Source: Mycobacterium phage phiGD23-1
Length of the DNA stretch: 60,535 bases
Sequence record: MW314855.1
Direction: 5' to 3' (one strand)
Position 1 is the stretch's first letter. Each line of letters opens with the position of its first letter. Below are positions 56,885 through 60,535 of this stretch, piece after piece. The notes beneath the pieces are model-generated. The model was given only the letters and a program-made list of their open reading frames with translations. It had not been told where the DNA came from and did no database searches. The position numbers were made by a program, and so were the translations under genes.

Positions 56885-57576
56885 ACGTCGCCGTGATCAT
56901 CCCGTTCCGGGACCGCGGTAAGGACCCTCTAAGGCCCGCGAATCTGCGACGCGTCCTGATGGGCATGGAGGGGCTGTACCGCATCCATGTTGTTGATGAC
57001 GGCCGCTCAGGCTATGAGTCGTTCAATCGATCCGCCGCATATAACCGCGGTGCCGACATGGTTGACGCCGATGTACTTATCTACTGCGAATCAGATCTGC
57101 TGGTCGACCCTATCCAGATTCGGGAAGCGGTCGCGCTGGCTTCGTTGACACCAGGTTTAGTCGTTCCGTTCTCACGCTTCATGGCCATTGCCCCCGAGGA
57201 CTCGGTTCGCGTCCGAGACCTTGAGTTAGAGCCCGAAGAAGCTGTATCGCATCAGGTCCGAGGCGACCGTCAGTCGATCGGTGCCGTCAATGTCGTCTCC
57301 CGGGAATCACTCTCACTGATCGGTCAATACGACGAGTCGTTTGAGGGTGCTTGGTATGACGATGACGCGATGTGCCGAGCGTTTGAGGTGTGCTGCGGCC
57401 CAACCCGCTTCATAGACGGCCCCGGATATCACCTGTACCACCTACCCGGCGCCAGCGGCGATCATTTGACCGACGCTGATCGTGCCGCCACTGAACGCAA
57501 CAAGGCCCGCTACCAGCTGTACCGGCAGGCAACAACACCGGAACGTATCCGCGAACTCACCGCAGGGGGTGTGTGA
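56881..57576 (+). CDS. Glycosyltransferase family 2
   Basis: VAVIIPFRDRG…HVVDDGRSG… motif; GTG start overlapping the upstream stop (track ORF 56833..57576). Confidence 0.5.
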   Translation: MNVAVIIPFRDRGKDPLRPANLRRVLMGMEGLYRIHVVDDGRSGYESFNRSAAYNRGADMVDADVLIYCESDLLVDPIQIREAVALASLTPGLVVPFSRFMAIAPEDSVRVRDLELEPEEAVSHQVRGDRQSIGAVNVVSRESLSLIGQYDESFEGAWYDDDAMCRAFEVCCGPTRFIDGPGYHLYHLPGASGDHLTDADRAATERNKARYQLYRQATTPERIRELTAGGV

Positions 57577-57821
57577 TGGCCGACCATCTCATCACCGGCC
57601 CTGACGGCATCCAGTACACCTTGGCGGAGTGGGTGAACTCCCACATCGTTGGAACTTTCGAGCAGATGCTCCCCGGCGGGAAGACCCGCAAGGGCGGTGC
57701 CTGCTCGTGTGGGTGGCGCACCCCGCCTTTCGATCCTGTCGGTGATCGCGCTAAAGCGATGGCCGATGAACATAAGCGTCTAGAAGACCTCGCTGATGAG
57801 ATGCGAAGGGAGAATGGTTAA
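57573..57821 (+). CDS. Hypothetical protein
   Basis: ORF. Confidence 0.3.
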   Translation: MMADHLITGPDGIQYTLAEWVNSHIVGTFEQMLPGGKTRKGGACSCGWRTPPFDPVGDRAKAMADEHKRLEDLADEMRRENG

Positions 57822-58237
57822 TGGCAGCCTTCGTGTACTTCACTGTGGCCGACACCTATCAGGCCATCGTCTCTGATGGGTCTGATGAGGGTAGCGAGCC
57901 GGATCTGAAGATGATTTCCGGCACGGTCACTTTCACTCCGTCGGTGAAGGAAGTGCTGGCCACCATCTCCGATATCCCCACCACGGTGCGTTTGGAGCCG
58001 ATCATTGGCCGCATCGAGGAAGACGGTGTGCTGAAGACTCTCGATTCCACACCAGGTGTGAAGCTGCTCGCCAACACCGAAGCAATCGGGCCACTGCCTG
58101 AGCTGACGTATCGGGTGGACTTCACGAACGTGGTCTACAACCGCAAGACCAACCAGCGCATCGAACCGTTCCGGTTCGCCGCTGCCACAAGCGCCACCAC
58201 GCTGCGCTTGTCTTCGGTTGAGCGCCTGCCGCTTTAG
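57821..58237 (+). CDS. Hypothetical protein
   Basis: ORF. Confidence 0.35.
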   Translation: MAAFVYFTVADTYQAIVSDGSDEGSEPDLKMISGTVTFTPSVKEVLATISDIPTTVRLEPIIGRIEEDGVLKTLDSTPGVKLLANTEAIGPLPELTYRVDFTNVVYNRKTNQRIEPFRFAAATSATTLRLSSVERLPL

Positions 58238-58311
58238 GCACACGTACTAGGCGCCCCTACCCGTCCAAAGGTAGGACCAGTTAAGTCAAGTCGAGAATTG
58301 AGGGAACAACT

Positions 58312-58680
58312 ATGTCTGTCGACGTGATCCATGTGCCAGGCGGTATCGGTGGCCGCTACGAGGATTACTACTTTCCTGTCCAAGCGGCGCAGGTCCGAAA
58401 CCTGCTAGGCAAGATCCTGACCCATATCGAGGCCATGAACCTTCCACCGCGCGTTGAGAAGGCCAACAAAGACCTGGTCCGCCAATCCATCTGGGACTGG
58501 TGGTCCGACGCCATGGAGAACTCCACCACCTCAGCGGGCGGATGCATTGGGCCGATCGAGAACATTCGGGAAGCCCGCACATCTGACGACAAGCCAAACC
58601 GATATGTGTGGCACACGACGGTTGGAGAGCTGGCGCCCAAGGCGCCGAAGATGTTCGTCACATACAGAGACAAGCGCTGA
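58312..58680 (+). CDS. Hypothetical protein
   Basis: ORF preceded by a degenerate SAS-like sequence. Confidence 0.35.
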   Translation: MSVDVIHVPGGIGGRYEDYYFPVQAAQVRNLLGKILTHIEAMNLPPRVEKANKDLVRQSIWDWWSDAMENSTTSAGGCIGPIENIREARTSDDKPNRYVWHTTVGELAPKAPKMFVTYRDKR

Positions 58681-58898
58681 TGAGCGACGAGCAGTACTTC
58701 GGCCCCTTCTGGGTCGGCATCAAGACTCGAGATTTCTGCGGTAAGCGCCTACCGAAGCGAGATCATAAGCCGTGGATCGACGACGGCGTCTATGGGGAGA
58801 TCTACTGGGGCGATAGCGCGGGGGCCCGCGAGCTCGCGCAACATCTACTCGACGCAGCGGACGCCTATGACGCACTCGCTTCGGAGTTCAACTCATGA
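58680..58898 (+). CDS. Hypothetical protein
   Basis: ATGA overlap; internal start of track ORF 58608..58898. Confidence 0.3.
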   Translation: MSDEQYFGPFWVGIKTRDFCGKRLPKRDHKPWIDDGVYGEIYWGDSAGARELAQHLLDAADAYDALASEFNS

Positions 58899-59098
58899 GA
58901 CCCGACGAACGCATGAACCAGCTCCAGCGAAGAGTGGTTAACCATGCCCTGGCGGATCGGATGCTGAAAGTATCGCGGGGCGAGCCGATATCCGTTATGC
59001 GGGGATGGGCCAAGGATGGAAAGACCTTTCACTTCCTTGAGCCAGACCTATCTGGCGTGGATTGGCACCATGAGATGCAGAGGCTTTGGTGGGCTTGA
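58895..59098 (+). CDS. Hypothetical protein
   Basis: ORF. Confidence 0.3.
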   Translation: MRPDERMNQLQRRVVNHALADRMLKVSRGEPISVMRGWAKDGKTFHFLEPDLSGVDWHHEMQRLWWA

Positions 59099-59727
59099 CC
59101 TACCGCATCGGCATAGTTGGCCATAACAAGCGGGCCGCCGCGGCCCATAACCTGATGGAAGCTACTGGTGCAGCGTTCCTGTCGTTAGACAACGGATCTA
59201 AGGGCTGCAACGGCAACCACCGCCATGTACTCGAGTGGCTATCCACCAGCCCTACTGAGTGGGTAGTTGTCCTTGAGGATGACGCCCAACCCATAGACGA
59301 CTTCCGCACACAGCTCGATAAAGCGCTCACCGCGGCCCCTTGTGACATTGTGTCCCTGTATTTGGGGACCAACTATCCGCGTCTATGGCAGCGCGGCATA
59401 CAACGCGCCACAACCCAAGCCGACCAAACTGATTCGCCCTGGCTGGTATCCGAGCATCTACTACACGCAGTGGGGTATTGCATCCGCACCACCCTGGTAC
59501 CTGATCTTCTCGACGCCCTACCTGAGATGCCCATTGACGACGCCATCACCACATGGGCCAGAGACCAAGAGCACCGCATCGCCTACACATGGCCAAGCCT
59601 CGTAGACCACGAGGATGCGGACACCTTGATCTCCAAGCGCCCCACACGTAACGCCCCACGCAAGGCCCACCGCACAGGCACACGCACCCAATGGGCTGGC
59701 CCCACCGTAGAACTGGAGTACTGCTGA
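59086..59727 (+). CDS. Glycosyltransferase family 25-like
   Basis: …VVVLEDDAQPIDDF… pattern, weak. Confidence 0.35.
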   Translation: MVGLTYRIGIVGHNKRAAAAHNLMEATGAAFLSLDNGSKGCNGNHRHVLEWLSTSPTEWVVVLEDDAQPIDDFRTQLDKALTAAPCDIVSLYLGTNYPRLWQRGIQRATTQADQTDSPWLVSEHLLHAVGYCIRTTLVPDLLDALPEMPIDDAITTWARDQEHRIAYTWPSLVDHEDADTLISKRPTRNAPRKAHRTGTRTQWAGPTVELEYC

Positions 59728-59868
59728 TGCCCGAAGAGATGACTACGGCCGCCTTTCATGTCGATGCGGGCACGTCCCGTACGGAGCGCACCACAGTAAG
59801 TGCAACGTTCGAAGTCGTGGGTTGCGAAGCCGTGATTGATCTAGGTACCTCCTAAGGGGGATTCACTA

Positions 59869-60153
59869 ATGCCCGTCCTAGTCTGCTCACGAGGCAAGGA
59901 ATACGTACACCCATCAGGCACGCACTACCTGTCCAGTCCCACCAATGTGCTGCACATCTTCAATGGTGAAACCAACGTCGCGTCCTACCGCGAATGGGAC
60001 TATGCCTGGATACCCAACGGAGAACCCGGCACAGGCCAACACGTCGACAACTCGATCAACTTCAACAGGCCAGTCGGTGTCACCACCGTGGAGGAGCAGC
60101 AGAAGCGCGCGCGTCTGCAGTTGTCCCGAGATGGCCATGCCCCGCGCACCTAG
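59869..60153 (+). CDS. Hypothetical protein
   Basis: ORF with RBS. Confidence 0.3.
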   Translation: MPVLVCSRGKEYVHPSGTHYLSSPTNVLHIFNGETNVASYREWDYAWIPNGEPGTGQHVDNSINFNRPVGVTTVEEQQKRARLQLSRDGHAPRT

Positions 60154-60484
60154 AGTCTGCGCACACCCTGACTGCACAGAGCTGGTGCATGGCGCTAGGC
60201 GCTGCCCCCAGCATCAGGTAAGCGGCTGGTCCTCTAGTCCACGCACCGCATCCGCAGGACGCACAGGAACCAGCGCATGGAGACGCACCAGAGCCTACGT
60301 CCTACACCGCGACAACCACACATGCCAGATACGCGGACCACGATGCACCACCCACGCCACCGAAGTCGACCACATCAAACCAGTCAGCCTCGGCGGCACA
60401 GACTTCGCAATCAACTGCCAAGCAACCTGCCACACCTGCCACGCCTGGAAAACCGCACAGGAAGCCAACACGGCCCGGCAATGA
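60131..60484 (+). CDS. HNH endonuclease at the genome right end
   Basis: …CAHPDC…RRC…HRDNHTCQIRGPRC…EVDHIKPVSLGG…CQATCHTCHAWKT HNH motif; ATG at 60131 inside track ORF 59945..60484. Confidence 0.65.
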   Translation: MAMPRAPRVCAHPDCTELVHGARRCPQHQVSGWSSSPRTASAGRTGTSAWRRTRAYVLHRDNHTCQIRGPRCTTHATEVDHIKPVSLGGTDFAINCQATCHTCHAWKTAQEANTARQ

Positions 60485-60535
60485 CCCCCTGGGGACCACC
60501 CCCACCCCACCCCACGCCCCGACATCGGCCAGACG

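Overview
The window looks like a complete, or nearly complete, 60.5-kb temperate siphovirus genome from a high-GC actinobacterial host, and its layout is mycobacteriophage-like. A lysin B (mycolyl-arabinogalactan esterase type), two WhiB-like genes and two DUF732-like secreted proteins point to a mycolata host such as Mycobacterium, Gordonia or Rhodococcus.

Left arm, rightward: terminase small and large subunits, portal, scaffold, major capsid, four head-tail connector genes, major tail protein, tail assembly chaperones with a putative -1 frameshift, a 1332-aa tape measure protein, about seven minor tail proteins, then a translationally coupled lysis cassette (small membrane ORF, 16-codon leader ORF, lysin A, holin-like protein, lysin B).

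Centre: metallophosphoesterase, HNH endonuclease, three small membrane proteins, a strong terminator, and an attP region (arm-type repeats around a tRNA-like 5' fragment) in front of a tyrosine integrase. A leftward block lies between the integrase and a divergently arranged repressor and Cro-like pair that has palindromic operators. The block encodes a DUF2510 membrane protein, a small ORF, a DUF3263-like protein and an ImmA/IrrE-family HEXXH peptidase.

Right arm: ParB-like proteins, an excisionase-like HTH, a Gp157-like plus Sak4-like ATPase pair, HNH endonucleases, a PAPS-reductase-like protein, a putative initiator carrying internal iterons and an (AACCCC)n repeat, two WhiB paralogs, a DUF4326 protein, a HigB/HigA-like toxin-antitoxin pair, many small ORFs, a glycosyltransferase/O-methyltransferase cluster and a terminal HNH endonuclease.

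The most unusual signal is a 44-nt conserved element (TAGACACCGC-N21-wAAwTTGAGGTATG) that runs exactly from the stop codon of one gene to the start codon of the next, seen seven times on both strands. It resembles the start-associated sequences of Cluster K mycobacteriophages but has a different sequence.

Product assignments rest on motif recognition by eye; no database searches were run. ORF coordinates follow the supplied track; non-ORF coordinates were hand-indexed and may be off by 1-2 nt.
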